Origin: an uncultured virus (IMG/VR IMGVR_UViG_3300005617_000382)
Lineage: Duplodnaviria > Heunggongvirae > Uroviricota > Caudoviricetes
Direction: 5' to 3' (one strand)
Length of the DNA stretch: 64,000 nucleotides
Virus record (IMG/VR): IMGVR_UViG_3300005617_000382
Below the pieces are notes generated by a model, which worked only from the letters and a program-made list of their open reading frames with translations, made no database searches and was not told where the DNA came from. A program made the position numbers and the translations under genes. Below, one piece after another: positions 25,708-35,455 of this stretch. Numbering within the stretch: position 1 is the first letter of the stretch; every line of letters begins with the position of its first letter.

Positions 25708-27156
25708 TCACGCGCACCAGTCCACGCGCACACGATCTCCACCCTCCGCCGCGCGTGCCGGCGTCGACCCGTCGATCAGCTCACCGCCGTGGTTCGTGCC
25801 ATCGGCCGGTGCCAGGATCAGCGCGTAGTAGGCACCCGCCATCGCGTCGATCTGATCCTTGACCTTGCCGGCCGGAGCCATCTCGTGCTCCTCGAGGAAC
25901 TTCCGGTTCCATGGGCCGCGCACCAGGTGCACGTTCTTCGCCTCTACCTGCGACACATACGGGTCCCACCGGACCTGCTTCGCCTCGCGCTCGTGCTCGA
26001 AGTGCACGGTCCAGCCGTTCAGCAGTCGGCCGTAGTGCGGCCGCTGCGAGAGTCCGGCCTGCCCCGGATCCTGCGGTAGCCAGACCTCCACCTTGCGGCC
26101 GTCCTCGCGCGCAGTCCGCAGGATCGTCGCGTCGCGCTCGGCCGGGCCCCACTGCCCGCGCCGCATGTCGGCCACGAACAGCGCGCCTTTGACCAGCCCG
26201 ACCAGCGGACCCGCGGTAAACGCCGCGCTGGCATCCGTGCTCGCGGCAAGATCCCAGCGGCGGACCCATCGTCCACCGGCCGGGGGCTCGTCGACGATCT
26301 GGAAGTCGGCACACTTGAACAGACCGCCACCGCGCGGGGCGGGGCGCTGCTGAAATAATGACCACCAGCCGTACTCTCCCCTCATCCGGATCCTGGCGAG
26401 CCGCGCGAGATCCCACACCTTGGGCCAGATAGAGCGCACGTCTGGATCGATCCGCTCGTCGGCCGCGAGGCCGTCACGGCCGATCACCGCCGGGATCTCG
26501 ATGTGGATCCAGTCGATGCCGAGCGAGTCCTCCTTGAGCCGGCCGATGATGTCGTCCTGGTGCCAGCGAGCCTGGGGAATGATCATCGACGCACCCGGCT
26601 CGAGCCTGCTCATCAGGTCATCGCGCAGGTAGTCCCACGCGGTGTCGCGGATCGTCTTGCTCTCGGCCTGCGCGCGGCCCTTGATCAGGTCGTCGGCTAC
26701 GATCAGGCCACCCTTGCAGCCGCGGCCGGTGACGTCGCCGCCGACGCTCGTCGCCTTGAGCCCACCGTCGAGCGCCGTGCGCCAGTCGTTGACCGCCTGC
26801 GCCTCGGGGCTGAGCGGCATGCCGGCCGCGCGCACCAGCCGCCGAATCCGCCGCGACGTGTGCATGGAGAGTCCGCTGCCGAACGTGGAGTAGAAGTTCA
26901 GCACCGCCGGGTCGTAGACGATCCGCTGCGCGAGCCCGTGCGCGATCGTCTCGGTCTTCCCCATGCGGACCGGCTCGGCGATCGTCGCGAACACCTCGCC
27001 GTCGCGCGCGGCGTCGAGCACGTCGCAGATCTGTTGCAGGTGATCGGGCACCGGCGCGTACTTCGGCGTCATCCGCGCGATGAACTCGGCGGTGGTCTCG
27101 ACGTGCTCGTTCAGCGCCTCGAGCGCGCCCAGCTCGACGAGTTCACTCGGTGTCAT
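25708..27156 (-). CDS. terL: Terminase large subunit
   Basis: Walker A-like 'PVRMGKT', 'TGRG...IVADDLIK', 'RWHQDD', nuclease 'WDLAA' and 'KDQIDA'. Confidence 0.92.
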   Translation of the reverse strand: MTPSELVELGALEALNEHVETTAEFIARMTPKYAPVPDHLQQICDVLDAARDGEVFATIAEPVRMGKTETIAHGLAQRIVYDPAVLNFYSTFGSGLSMHTSRRIRRLVRAAGMPLSPEAQAVNDWRTALDGGLKATSVGGDVTGRGCKGGLIVADDLIKGRAQAESKTIRDTAWDYLRDDLMSRLEPGASMIIPQARWHQDDIIGRLKEDSLGIDWIHIEIPAVIGRDGLAADERIDPDVRSIWPKVWDLARLARIRMRGEYGWWSLFQQRPAPRGGGLFKCADFQIVDEPPAGGRWVRRWDLAASTDASAAFTAGPLVGLVKGALFVADMRRGQWGPAERDATILRTAREDGRKVEVWLPQDPGQAGLSQRPHYGRLLNGWTVHFEHEREAKQVRWDPYVSQVEAKNVHLVRGPWNRKFLEEHEMAPAGKVKDQIDAMAGAYYALILAPADGTNHGGELIDGSTPARAAEGGDRVRVDWCA

Positions 27157-27649
27157 CGGAGGTCACGGGCGCGGCTGTCGCCGTGAGCATCCGCGCGCGA
27201 AGCTCCTCGATGCGTTGGCGTCTCTCGTGCGGCGACATCTTGAGCGCCTCGAGCATAGCGGCTTGCTGCGGGGTCAGCTCCACGCCGGCGAACAGCACAT
27301 CGATATCCTGCGGCGCCTTGCCCGCGACGCGCTCGGTGAGCCAGTTGTGGCAGTACATGCGACTCTTGGGGTCGGTGGGAAGATCGGTGAAGGTGAACTG
27401 CGGCGCGTCAGCGGGGACAGCAGCTGTCGGTGCAGCTGCTGCGCTGGCCTCACCGGTGGTTGCCTTCGGCTTCTTCCCGCGCATCACCGCCAGCGCGAAC
27501 GCGACGAGCTCGGCGCCGTCCTCGGTCTCCCTCGCGATGATCCGCGCCATCTCGGCCTTGGCCTTCGAGCGCCCGCCGGGGTTACCTGAGACGCCTTTCT
27601 GGAAGCCGTGGCCCTTGAGGTAGGTGATATCGCCGACGCCGCGGGGCAT
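27143..27649 (-). CDS. Terminase small subunit (DUF5681-like N-terminus)
   Basis: 'FQKGVSGNPGGR' and 'ERVAGKAPQ'; directly upstream of terL. Confidence 0.7.
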   Translation of the reverse strand: MPRGVGDITYLKGHGFQKGVSGNPGGRSKAKAEMARIIARETEDGAELVAFALAVMRGKKPKATTGEASAAAAPTAAVPADAPQFTFTDLPTDPKSRMYCHNWLTERVAGKAPQDIDVLFAGVELTPQQAAMLEALKMSPHERRQRIEELRARMLTATAAPVTSDDTE

Positions 27650-28005
27650 TACGGACGCTCCGGTACAGCAGCGGCAGCACGCGTGCACGGTCCGCAGAAA
27701 CCGTTGCCGCGCTCGCGAGCCGAGAACAGGAGCGGCGCACCGCAGGGGCAGATGGGATCTCCGGGCGCAAACCGCTCGATGGCGCCGCGCTGGGCCGGGG
27801 TCTCGCGGCGCACACCGGTGACCAGTTCGGCCGCATTGACAAGGTCCGCCAGCCAGCGCGGCGGGTTGACGCACGCGGCGTCCGGGATCGCGGCAAGTGC
27901 GCGGCGCAGCGCTGAGAGGTCGATCGGCTCGGCAGGCGGCGCTGTACCGCCGTGGTAGGTCACCGGCTGCCCGGGGTTCACGGTGCGTGCGTCGGTCATG
28001 ACCAC
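27649..28005 (-). CDS. Hypothetical protein with CxC/CxxC
   Basis: Coupled ORF. Confidence 0.4.
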   Translation of the reverse strand: MVMTDARTVNPGQPVTYHGGTAPPAEPIDLSALRRALAAIPDAACVNPPRWLADLVNAAELVTGVRRETPAQRGAIERFAPGDPICPCGAPLLFSARERGNGFCGPCTRAAAAVPERP

Positions 28006-28268
28006 CTCTGCGCTTCCACGCCATTCTCCTGCGCGTACCGCAGTCTCCTCTCACGCTCTCGATCGCAATCGATCCTGGCCTGCGCCCATGCTGCCGATAG
28101 CAGACCCGCCGCGAGCCCGGCGAGAAACACCAGCGCGATCAGCGCCTGCGTCCCGACCACCGTGCGCTGGCACCCGGTGCACCAGAAGATGTCCACGAGC
28201 GCATCGGCACCGAACCAGATCAGACCGAGGATCGCGGCGAGGCAAATCAGCGAGCGGATGACGGTCAC
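27996..28268 (-). CDS. Small membrane protein
   Basis: Two hydrophobic segments. Confidence 0.45.
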   Translation of the reverse strand: MTVIRSLICLAAILGLIWFGADALVDIFWCTGCQRTVVGTQALIALVFLAGLAAGLLSAAWAQARIDCDRERERRLRYAQENGVEAQRWS

Positions 28269-28513
28269 ATGGCACCATCATCGTCGGTCGACCGACGGCT
28301 CATCCGTCCGAGCGCGAAGAAGCATGCCGTGAGTACACCGGCCACGATGCCCGCGGCCACGTACTCGGCGAAGTGCGCCCACTGCTCGGTGGTACCGACA
28401 AGCCGCGCCACAGCGAGAGCGACCAGACCTGCTCCGGCCGACAGCCCGCAGGCGACGAGGGCCAGGAGCAGGACGATCGCGAAGATCGCGAGCTCCGATC
28501 GCGGCCGGATCAC
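28265..28513 (-). CDS. Small membrane protein
   Basis: Hydrophobic; GTGA-coupled. Confidence 0.45.
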   Translation of the reverse strand: MIRPRSELAIFAIVLLLALVACGLSAGAGLVALAVARLVGTTEQWAHFAEYVAAGIVAGVLTACFFALGRMSRRSTDDDGAM

Positions 28514-28749
28514 GCGGCACCTCCGGGCTGCTTGCTGGCTGGGCGTCGTCGAGCCTCGAGAAACCCGACCGCAACCAAGAACCCCACCGGAGCGAGCATC
28601 AGCACGATCTTCCAGACGGTGCCCCAGAATCCCGGCGGCCATGTGATGCGGATATCCCACGAGAACGCACCGATGTAGGCTTCACGCGCGAGACGCCTGG
28701 ATTCGATAGATCTCGCGCGACGAAAGCGCACGATGTCAGATGCGGTCAT
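28510..28749 (-). CDS. Small membrane protein
   Basis: One C-terminal hydrophobic helix; ATGA-coupled. Confidence 0.4.
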   Translation of the reverse strand: MTASDIVRFRRARSIESRRLAREAYIGAFSWDIRITWPPGFWGTVWKIVLMLAPVGFLVAVGFLEARRRPASKQPGGAA

Positions 28750-29435
28750 TCCCCGTCTCTCTTTCCGTGCTTCTGCTTGAAGTGCCCCAGCCTGTCGGCC
28801 ACGACGTCGATGATGTCGCCGACCCGATTCCCGAGCAGGCACACCGCATCCTTCGCGGCCTGCTTCTGTACCGGCGGCAGTCCGCGCACCTCCTCGGTGG
28901 CGAGCAACCGGACGCCCATCTTCCAGCGCGCAAACGCGGCCTCTGCCATTTCGATCTCCTGCTCGTTGAGCAGCGCCTGCGGCTGGTTGCCGCGCTTGAG
29001 CGTCCCGTGGTAGCGGACGCGGCCGGTCGGATCGACCTTGGTCGCCGCGGCGATCCGGGACGCCTTGTCTGTGGGGGCACCGGTAGGGGTCTTGCTCGAC
29101 GCCAGGGGGACGCCATCGAGGATCGCACAGGCAGTGCACCGGTAGGTCGCCGATGGCGTCTCGCACCTGACGCATAGACCCCGCGCACGGAGCGACGCGC
29201 GCAGCGCCCGATCCCGCCGACGCCGCTTCGCGTTGACCCGCTGGCGGTGCCACCGGCAGAGCTGCTGCTCGGGGTTCGGCCACCCTTCCGCGCGTCGTTC
29301 GCACAGCCCGTGCGTGCACCAGCCGGACTCCTTGCGCTCGTAGTAGTCACGCGGCGGGGTCTCGGTGGTGGCCTCCGTAGCGGTCCTACCCGTCGGGGCC
29401 GCGTCGACTGTAACGGCCTCGTCTCGGAGTGTCAC
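28746..29435 (-). CDS. Cys-rich basic hypothetical protein (zinc-binding)
   Basis: GWCTHGLC...LCRWH...GLCVRC...CTAC. Confidence 0.5.
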   Translation of the reverse strand: MTLRDEAVTVDAAPTGRTATEATTETPPRDYYERKESGWCTHGLCERRAEGWPNPEQQLCRWHRQRVNAKRRRRDRALRASLRARGLCVRCETPSATYRCTACAILDGVPLASSKTPTGAPTDKASRIAAATKVDPTGRVRYHGTLKRGNQPQALLNEQEIEMAEAAFARWKMGVRLLATEEVRGLPPVQKQAAKDAVCLLGNRVGDIIDVVADRLGHFKQKHGKRDGE

Positions 29436-29534
29436 GCGCCGGTCCTCGGCTTGTCGGCCGTCGTGAGCCTCACGTCAATTCTAACCGCGCTCATGCTGGA
29501 CGAGCGTACCCGGTTCAGTACAGGTAGCGCAAGT

Positions 29535-29900
29535 CTACGGCGGTGGCGTGCGGAACGACGGGCTGGGAACCCCGAAGGCTGCGGTCCCGGCGTTGGGCGC
29601 CCGCGTCGCCGTCGCGAGGTCGGAGAGGTTCCGGATCGTGCCGTCGTACGGCGAGGTGTAGCGCGCGTGAAAGTTCGCACCTGTACCGACAGCGGTTCCG
29701 GCGGACATGTCGACGCGGATCGACCGCGCCGGGTTCGCGACGCCCGGCGTCGGATCCGGGTAGACCACGTTGACCTTCGTCGGGTCGTCGGATGTCACGT
29801 TGGTCAGCGCCGTGGTGGTATCCGGGACCGCCGGCGCCGGCCCGTCCGTGATCTCGACGGGGACGCTGACACTGAAGCCCTGCTCGATTGAGATTGCCAT
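29535..29900 (-). CDS. Hypothetical beta-rich protein
   Basis: Preceded by the late promoter motif. Confidence 0.5.
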   Translation of the reverse strand: MAISIEQGFSVSVPVEITDGPAPAVPDTTTALTNVTSDDPTKVNVVYPDPTPGVANPARSIRVDMSAGTAVGTGANFHARYTSPYDGTIRNLSDLATATRAPNAGTAAFGVPSPSFRTPPP

Positions 29901-29939
29901 CGCTCGGCAGGATGCATGCCGGACGATAGACGGGGCGAA

Positions 29940-30251
29940 TCACCCGAAGAACCACGTGCAGTCGACGTCACCGTCCGTGGTCTCCCAACAGGTGACGACG
30001 AGCAGGTGACCGGGCAGATCGATCGAGAGCGTACAGTACTTCCGACCGTCGGAGTAGGCGGCACAGTAGACGGGTGAGCCCGACGCTGCCGGATCAACGT
30101 CGACGGCGGTGTCTCTGGTGCGCCTGGCAACCACGAGCTCGCACGTGCCAGCGTTCTGATCTTCGATGGTGCAGTATTCCTGCTCAGTAGTGGAGGTCGA
30201 CAGCGCACACGAGGTGACGAGTAGGAGGGCTAGAGTTGAAGTGGTTTTCAT
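29940..30251 (-). CDS. Putative Cys-rich lipoprotein
   Basis: MKTTSTLALLLVTSC signal/lipobox-like, plus six further Cys. Confidence 0.55.
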   Translation of the reverse strand: MKTTSTLALLLVTSCALSTSTTEQEYCTIEDQNAGTCELVVARRTRDTAVDVDPAASGSPVYCAAYSDGRKYCTLSIDLPGHLLVVTCWETTDGDVDCTWFFG

Positions 30252-30490
30252 GTACCGCTGACGATAGGTGCCAGTGACTCGCGGGACTATATGTGCATCT
30301 ACATCGCACCTGTAACTAAATTACACCTGTACATCCCATGCGAATGGCCGAACCTGTAGTCATGGACAAGACGCAACCGCTCCCCGTGTTCCGCTCGCTC
30401 TACCCGATCGCGCAGCCTGAACCGCGACGCAGGTATCCGCGCGACACCGCGAGTCAGGCGGTGACTGTCAGGATCCCGGTCGTCAGGTAG

Positions 30491-31909
30491 TCAGCGACAA
30501 CGGCGGAGACGGGCCCACGGAGGAACCGGTGGAGTCGGGGCCCCGGACGCGATCGACCTGCGCGCCTCGGTTATCTCCAGCGCATCCTTCGCTGCCTCGG
30601 ACGCCTGGACTGGCGACACCATCGGATCCGCTGCGAGCTCGCGATCGACCAACGCGACAACCTCGTCGTGCGTCAGCGTCGACCGCTGCGCGATATCGCG
30701 GACCACGCGCCGCCTGGAGTCACCTCGCTCGAGCGCCCTCCGGATCTCGGCGCGGACCAGCAGCTCGTAGGCGGCCGGCGATACGAGATCGGGATGACGT
30801 GGTAACGAACGCTGGATCGCCTTGGAGTGCGCGCGTATCCAGCGTGCAACGTCTACGGTCATCGGCGGTGGCTCGCGATGGTCGGCCAGCGGCACGGGAC
30901 GCTGGTTGTACTCGGAGTACCAGCGGCGCTCGGCAGGTAGTAAATCGCCGCTCGAGTCCAGATCGAGATCTCCATCTATCCTGATCTGTCCGTCACCGGC
31001 GACTGACCACGCCACGGTCTCCGGCGGCTCGCGCGGACGATCGGAGACCTGAAACCAGACCCTGTCCCCTCCGCCGTGTACCTCGCCGACGACCGTACAC
31101 TCGACGGATTGCCCCGGGAAGGCACTCGAACACGCGAGCCGAACGCCGATGGGCTGCCACTCGGTGTCGCTATCCCAGCGGCGCGCTACGGCATAGCCGC
31201 CACGACCGTTGGGAATCTGCAGCACCGCGTCCCCCTTCCTGACACCCCGCTCCTCGAACCACACCCGATCACGGTCACCCCACGCGCGCCACGCGAGCAG
31301 GCGGACGAGTGGGTCGCTGTCGATGCCGCCGCGTTGACGAGTGGCCGTAGGGACATCACGGGGATCGACGTTGATTCCAGATGGCCCGAACGGGGCCCAC
31401 GGCCGACGAGCGACAGCCGCCCCGATGATTCCGCACAGCTCGTCGGATTGTGCGTTGGTCAGCCACAGCTCACTTCGAATCAGCGTGTCGGTCTGCTCCT
31501 GCGTCAGTGCGCGACCGTCGGCGCCGTCGTCGCCGAACCACGTGCCCGGTCGCTCGGTGTCCGCAATGATCAAGCGCTCGTCGGCTTGCACGGCGGGGTC
31601 GTCGGAGTGGTCGAGCAGCGAGCACGGCAAGTCGCGCAGCGCTCGGTCGAGAGCCAGCCAGCACCGGTCGAAGCTCCATGGCGCCTCCACCACGAGAAGC
31701 TCTCGGTCGAACAGCTCGAGGGTTGCTTGATGTCCATCGCGCTCAGCGACGAAGACGAAGACTCGCCTGCGCTCGTCCCTGTACCGCTCGACGTAGTCGA
31801 AGCGAAATGCGTTGCGCGCCGCGGGGTCGTCATATGTCACATGGATGCGCGGGGCGACGGCGACGCGGGTGATGACTGGGGTCAGATGGAGGGTCACAGC
31901 AACCTCCAT
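30491..31909 (-). CDS. Hypothetical protein (472 aa)
   Basis: Long ORF with no motif recognised. Confidence 0.5.
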   Translation of the reverse strand: MEVAVTLHLTPVITRVAVAPRIHVTYDDPAARNAFRFDYVERYRDERRRVFVFVAERDGHQATLELFDRELLVVEAPWSFDRCWLALDRALRDLPCSLLDHSDDPAVQADERLIIADTERPGTWFGDDGADGRALTQEQTDTLIRSELWLTNAQSDELCGIIGAAVARRPWAPFGPSGINVDPRDVPTATRQRGGIDSDPLVRLLAWRAWGDRDRVWFEERGVRKGDAVLQIPNGRGGYAVARRWDSDTEWQPIGVRLACSSAFPGQSVECTVVGEVHGGGDRVWFQVSDRPREPPETVAWSVAGDGQIRIDGDLDLDSSGDLLPAERRWYSEYNQRPVPLADHREPPPMTVDVARWIRAHSKAIQRSLPRHPDLVSPAAYELLVRAEIRRALERGDSRRRVVRDIAQRSTLTHDEVVALVDRELAADPMVSPVQASEAAKDALEITEARRSIASGAPTPPVPPWARLRRCR

Positions 31910-32277
31910 CGCTCAACCACTGCAGCAAACCTGGACCACTTCATCGCGAGATCGTCCGCCTTCAAGTAGTAGCCCACGCGCCCGTCGATCTCTGTTGCCC
32001 AGTCGGCCACACGCATGAGTTCCTCATGGAATTTCCAGCAGCCAAGATCGCGATACCGAATCGACACGTACCCAGTGGTGTTCGGCCGGTGGCACGTCGG
32101 ATCCGGATGGTCGTTAGCGTTGCGCGGCGCCGTCCCGGGTCTGCCGTATCCAGCGCAGCTGTGCGTCGTGCGAAGCACGAACGGCAGAGCGTTGATCGCG
32201 GCTACCAGATCACGGATCTCGACGTCGACGATCTCAATGCCGTGGTGACCGAGGTCGATCGAGTGCGTGTCGTCCAT
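31894..32277 (-). CDS. Hypothetical protein
   Basis: 'VDVEIRDLVAAINAL...TTHSCAG' recurrent phage motif. Confidence 0.5.
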   Translation of the reverse strand: MDDTHSIDLGHHGIEIVDVEIRDLVAAINALPFVLRTTHSCAGYGRPGTAPRNANDHPDPTCHRPNTTGYVSIRYRDLGCWKFHEELMRVADWATEIDGRVGYYLKADDLAMKWSRFAAVVERWRLL

Positions 32278-32288
32278 GGCCCACGCGC

Positions 32289-32639
32289 TCACAGCTTCAA
32301 CCCCTCCCATGCCTGCTCCGAGAACATCGGCCGCAGCTCGGCCACGCTTCTGGCGAACCAGACTTCGACGTCACCGCCGTACGCGTCGCCGTGGAAACCA
32401 GACCCGGTGACGTCGCTCCACGACTCCCACCCGACGAAGCGCCCGTCGTTGAGCTCGATGACCGCATGCTCGCTGCGGTCGAAGTCCGAGCCGCCATCGT
32501 GCGCCACGATGCGCTTGACGTCGGCTGCTGCGATCAGCGAGGTCGGATATCCGCCGACGGAGATCGGCCGGTACTCGGCAAACTCGGACCACGGGAATTC
32601 ACCGTAGGTGCTGTCTCTGGTGCTGCCGTGAGAGGTCAT
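32289..32639 (-). CDS. Hypothetical protein
   Basis: Coupled ORF. Confidence 0.5.
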   Translation of the reverse strand: MTSHGSTRDSTYGEFPWSEFAEYRPISVGGYPTSLIAAADVKRIVAHDGGSDFDRSEHAVIELNDGRFVGWESWSDVTGSGFHGDAYGGDVEVWFARSVAELRPMFSEQAWEGLKL

Positions 32640-32956
32640 GGCTCAACCTTAGCGAGTGCCACTTCCATCTTGTGCCACGCATTGGTCGATGCATCCCAGT
32701 CCTCACGCAGAATTGCATCACGCCTTGCCGTGGAGGCCTCTGCGATCTCGATCAGCACCGGTACGGCGTCGTTCAGAGTGTGGAGTCGACGAACGACCCA
32801 GGCCAAAAGGCTGGTACTCACCGTCATCGTCTCATGGATTGCGGCACTGGATGACGCAACCGAACCGGTCAGCTCTACGAGGCTGGCGTGTGACCCGATC
32901 TCTCGAAACAATGACTCCAGCTCGCTCAGTTTGATCTTCTCGGTCATCGTCGCCAT
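32636..32956 (-). CDS. Hypothetical protein
   Basis: Coupled ORF. Confidence 0.4.
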   Translation of the reverse strand: MATMTEKIKLSELESLFREIGSHASLVELTGSVASSSAAIHETMTVSTSLLAWVVRRLHTLNDAVPVLIEIAEASTARRDAILREDWDASTNAWHKMEVALAKVEP

Positions 32957-33145
32957 CCTATCTCGCTCGCACTGCGAGCGCTCGTTGCTCGTAGTCAACC
33001 GACACATCGATCACCCGTGCGCCTCGCCTGTCGGGATCGGCGATGCGCACGTAGACACGGACGCCTTCGAGGCCAGCAGCCATAGCGCGCGCCTTGACCT
33101 CGGCCGCGATGTCCCGGCGTAGCTCGTCGAGGTCGACCCAGCGCT

Positions 33146-33523
33146 TCATGCTGGCTCGCGATCGGTCAGCGGCGGGTCATCGCAGGCCGGTTCGCCGAGT
33201 GCTATCGCGACCATCTGTTCGGCGATCATCAGCAGCGCGCCGCGATTATTGAACTCGACGTTCGCGTGCATCGCGCCGAGCAGCACGTCGTGAATCAGAC
33301 GCAACGTCGGCTCGGCGAAGTCGACGGCTATCCAACAAGAACCCTCGTGCTCGTGTTGCTGACGTCCGCAACGAACGCAGAGGCCGTGCGGATCATGGCG
33401 ATTCTCGAACGCATGACCAAGCGCTGTCGCCGGCGTTGCCGCGCGTCTCTTGTATGGCCGCGGTGGCGACCTACTCATCGCCAGGAATCGCGCCGCGCTG
33501 TCCGCGCTCGTCTCTCGCCTCAC
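33146..33523 (-). CDS. Hypothetical protein
   Basis: GTGA-coupled; 'HAF...CVRCG...HEH'. Confidence 0.4.
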   Translation of the reverse strand: MRRETSADSAARFLAMSRSPPRPYKRRAATPATALGHAFENRHDPHGLCVRCGRQQHEHEGSCWIAVDFAEPTLRLIHDVLLGAMHANVEFNNRGALLMIAEQMVAIALGEPACDDPPLTDREPA

Positions 33524-33821
33524 CTCTCCCTCCCTGGCAACGGATCCATCGCCAGACCCGCATCCAACCTGCTCGGCCCCGCGGCGCACTGCTGAGACGC
33601 GAGCAGGACGGCAACGCAGCCGATGACCGCCAGGACGACCTGACGCGCGGTCAGGATCCGGCGAACCGGCCACACCTCGCGGTTGAGCGTAGGCTGCCCG
33701 TGGCGCGATCCGGGCTCCTGGGCTTCGACGCTGACGTCCCGATGCGCTGTAGGCCAGCTGGAGCGCGATTTTGGGGCGGCTGGACGGCTGCGAACGGCGC
33801 ACTCGGCGCATTCACATGTAG

Positions 33822-34349
33822 TCACAGCTCCTCCACCTCTCCGCGCAGCTTCCAAAGCGCTCTGGTCTCAACCTGGCGCACGCGCTCCCTGGTCAGGTTG
33901 ATCCGCTCGCCGACCTCCTCGAGCGTCAGCCCTCCGTTGGCCGTAAGGCGCAGGGCACAAGGGTGCTCCAGCTCCTCGGGCTCGAGATCGGGGAAGTTCA
34001 GCTTGATCGATCCGGTGTCCGGGTTGACGTCTAGATACAGGTGATGCTTACAGGAAACCCATGCGCATGGTCCGGTGCGCTCAGAGCACTCGCCCCAAGT
34101 TCGCGGGCGATCGGTTAATGCGGCGAAATCCTCGTCGGTCAGGAGTGCCGCCTGCGACCGAAGGTACTCGCGAGTCAGATGCTTCGTCGCGGTCGTTAGT
34201 CCGCGGCGTCCGAGCCGTGGACGTGAGGAGCGATCCGGGCGGCCGAGGCAATCGGCGTGCGCTCGGCTACCGTCGGGCGCGACGGCGTGCATGCCACGGA
34301 AGGGCTGCGAGCAGATGGAACATCGCGGGCGCGTGCGTGCGTCGATCAC
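33822..34349 (-). CDS. Sigma-70 region-4-like HTH regulator with Cys/His-rich N-terminal domain
   Basis: 'RPRTWGEC...[31 protein letters not shown]...CAL...[28 protein letters not shown]'; resembles a myxobacterial family from recall. Confidence 0.8.
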   Translation of the reverse strand: MIDARTRPRCSICSQPFRGMHAVAPDGSRAHADCLGRPDRSSRPRLGRRGLTTATKHLTREYLRSQAALLTDEDFAALTDRPRTWGECSERTGPCAWVSCKHHLYLDVNPDTGSIKLNFPDLEPEELEHPCALRLTANGGLTLEEVGERINLTRERVRQVETRALWKLRGEVEEL

Positions 34350-34588
34350 GGTCGCCACCCTTCGCGCAGGCGCTGGGCGGCTTCGGCGGACCGGTACACC
34401 ATGCCCGCTCCGTGTTTTCTGACCGCCTGTCTTGCAAGCACTGCCAAGCCGTGCGAGCTCGCCGTGACCCCAAGGTCGAAGCGCAGTAACACCAACCGAG
34501 TCGAGACGTCCCACGCAGCCTGACTCGCGTACACATCGAGCAACTGAACCGCCTCGTCGACGGTGCCCTTGGAGTAGCGGGGTTTCAT
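34346..34588 (-). CDS. Hypothetical protein, paralog of 48051-48299
   Basis: MKPRYSK...EA...AEA...GWRP. Confidence 0.5.
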   Translation of the reverse strand: MKPRYSKGTVDEAVQLLDVYASQAAWDVSTRLVLLRFDLGVTASSHGLAVLARQAVRKHGAGMVYRSAEAAQRLREGWRP

Positions 34589-35052
34589 GGTGTCCTCGTC
34601 GGTTGCGGGTCCTCGTGTCGCTCGTCGGTTGCGTGCTCGCAGTTCCTGACGGCGTTGTTCCAGCAACCAGCGCCGCACAGGTTGCACATCGCACCACTGC
34701 ACATCGGACAGTCGGGCCCCGGGCACTCGGGTTCCAGCGGAACTATCATCGCTTGTCCTCCGCCTGCTCAAGGCAGGACTTCGCTGCAGCCTCGTCGATC
34801 GCCGCGGTCAACGCGTCACGCAGCGCGATGGCGCGCTTGATGCTGAACACCCACTCCTCGCCGCCAAGGTCGAGGAGGACGCGCCAGCCGCGGCCGTAGT
34901 TCTCGGTGAAGGCTCTCATCTGGTCGCTCCGATTGCCCGCGACCTCGACGCTCGTTCGTCAGTCCTCGTCAGTCGGTGCTTGGACTTGCTGACGAGGAGT
35001 TGACGACGCCAGAATTTCTGCTTGGCCCTGGCGGCGGCTACCGGCTTCCGGA

Positions 35053-35280
35053 TCACCTCGCCACCCGCTTCAGATCCTCGAGCACCGCGTCGACGTCGAG
35101 CCGCTCGAGCGCGATCCTGAGCAGCCAGCTCCGGTTCATCGCGCGGATGCCAGCGCGCTTGAGCTTCGCGACTGCAGCATCCAGGGCTCGCAGGGCGTCT
35201 GGGTTCGTTGAGACGCACACGGTCACGATGGCGAACTCGGTGGTCCGGGCTGCGGCCCCAGCGGTGATCGCGCGGGTCAT
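35053..35280 (-). CDS. Small RHH-like protein
   Basis: 'VCVS...ALRALD.......MNRSWLLRIALE'. Confidence 0.45.
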   Translation of the reverse strand: MTRAITAGAAARTTEFAIVTVCVSTNPDALRALDAAVAKLKRAGIRAMNRSWLLRIALERLDVDAVLEDLKRVAR

Positions 35281-35299
35281 CGGGCGCCTACTGACTTCA

Positions 35300-35455
35300 G
35301 GTCAATAGGGTTCCTGTGAGCAACCGGCGGATCAAATACCGTGCCAGCACTGGAATGGGATGGAATGGGTATTTCCCTATGGTGGCTTTTTATACTTCTG
35401 AATATTTTGGCCCTATGAGGTGGTATCCCATTCCAATCATATACCAAAATGTTCA
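35300..35455. other. AT-rich non-coding segment with repeats; candidate replication origin
   Basis: TGGAATGGGA/TGGAATGGGT tandem (35351-35370), inverted copy TCCCATTCCA (35426-35435), ATTTTGG/CCAAAAT inverted pair; directly downstream of the helicase. Confidence 0.45.

Larger units (their letters stand above)
2761..29940 (-). promoter_or_regulatory. Dispersed late promoter motif TCGCCCC-N16/17-GACGCT-like (11 copies)
   Basis: Copies at 2761-2791, 5160-5190, 7184-7214, 11201-11231, 13478-13508, 17330-17360, 18353-18384, 19643-19674, 22496-22527, 24278-24309, 29909-29940, each just upstream of an in-frame start. Confidence 0.75.

Noticed and set aside
162..27600. Many long plus-strand ORFs over the structural genes (e.g. 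14777-15886, 17719-18789, 22622-23683)
   Set aside because: These are antisense shadows expected in high-GC coding DNA, with no motifs or start context.
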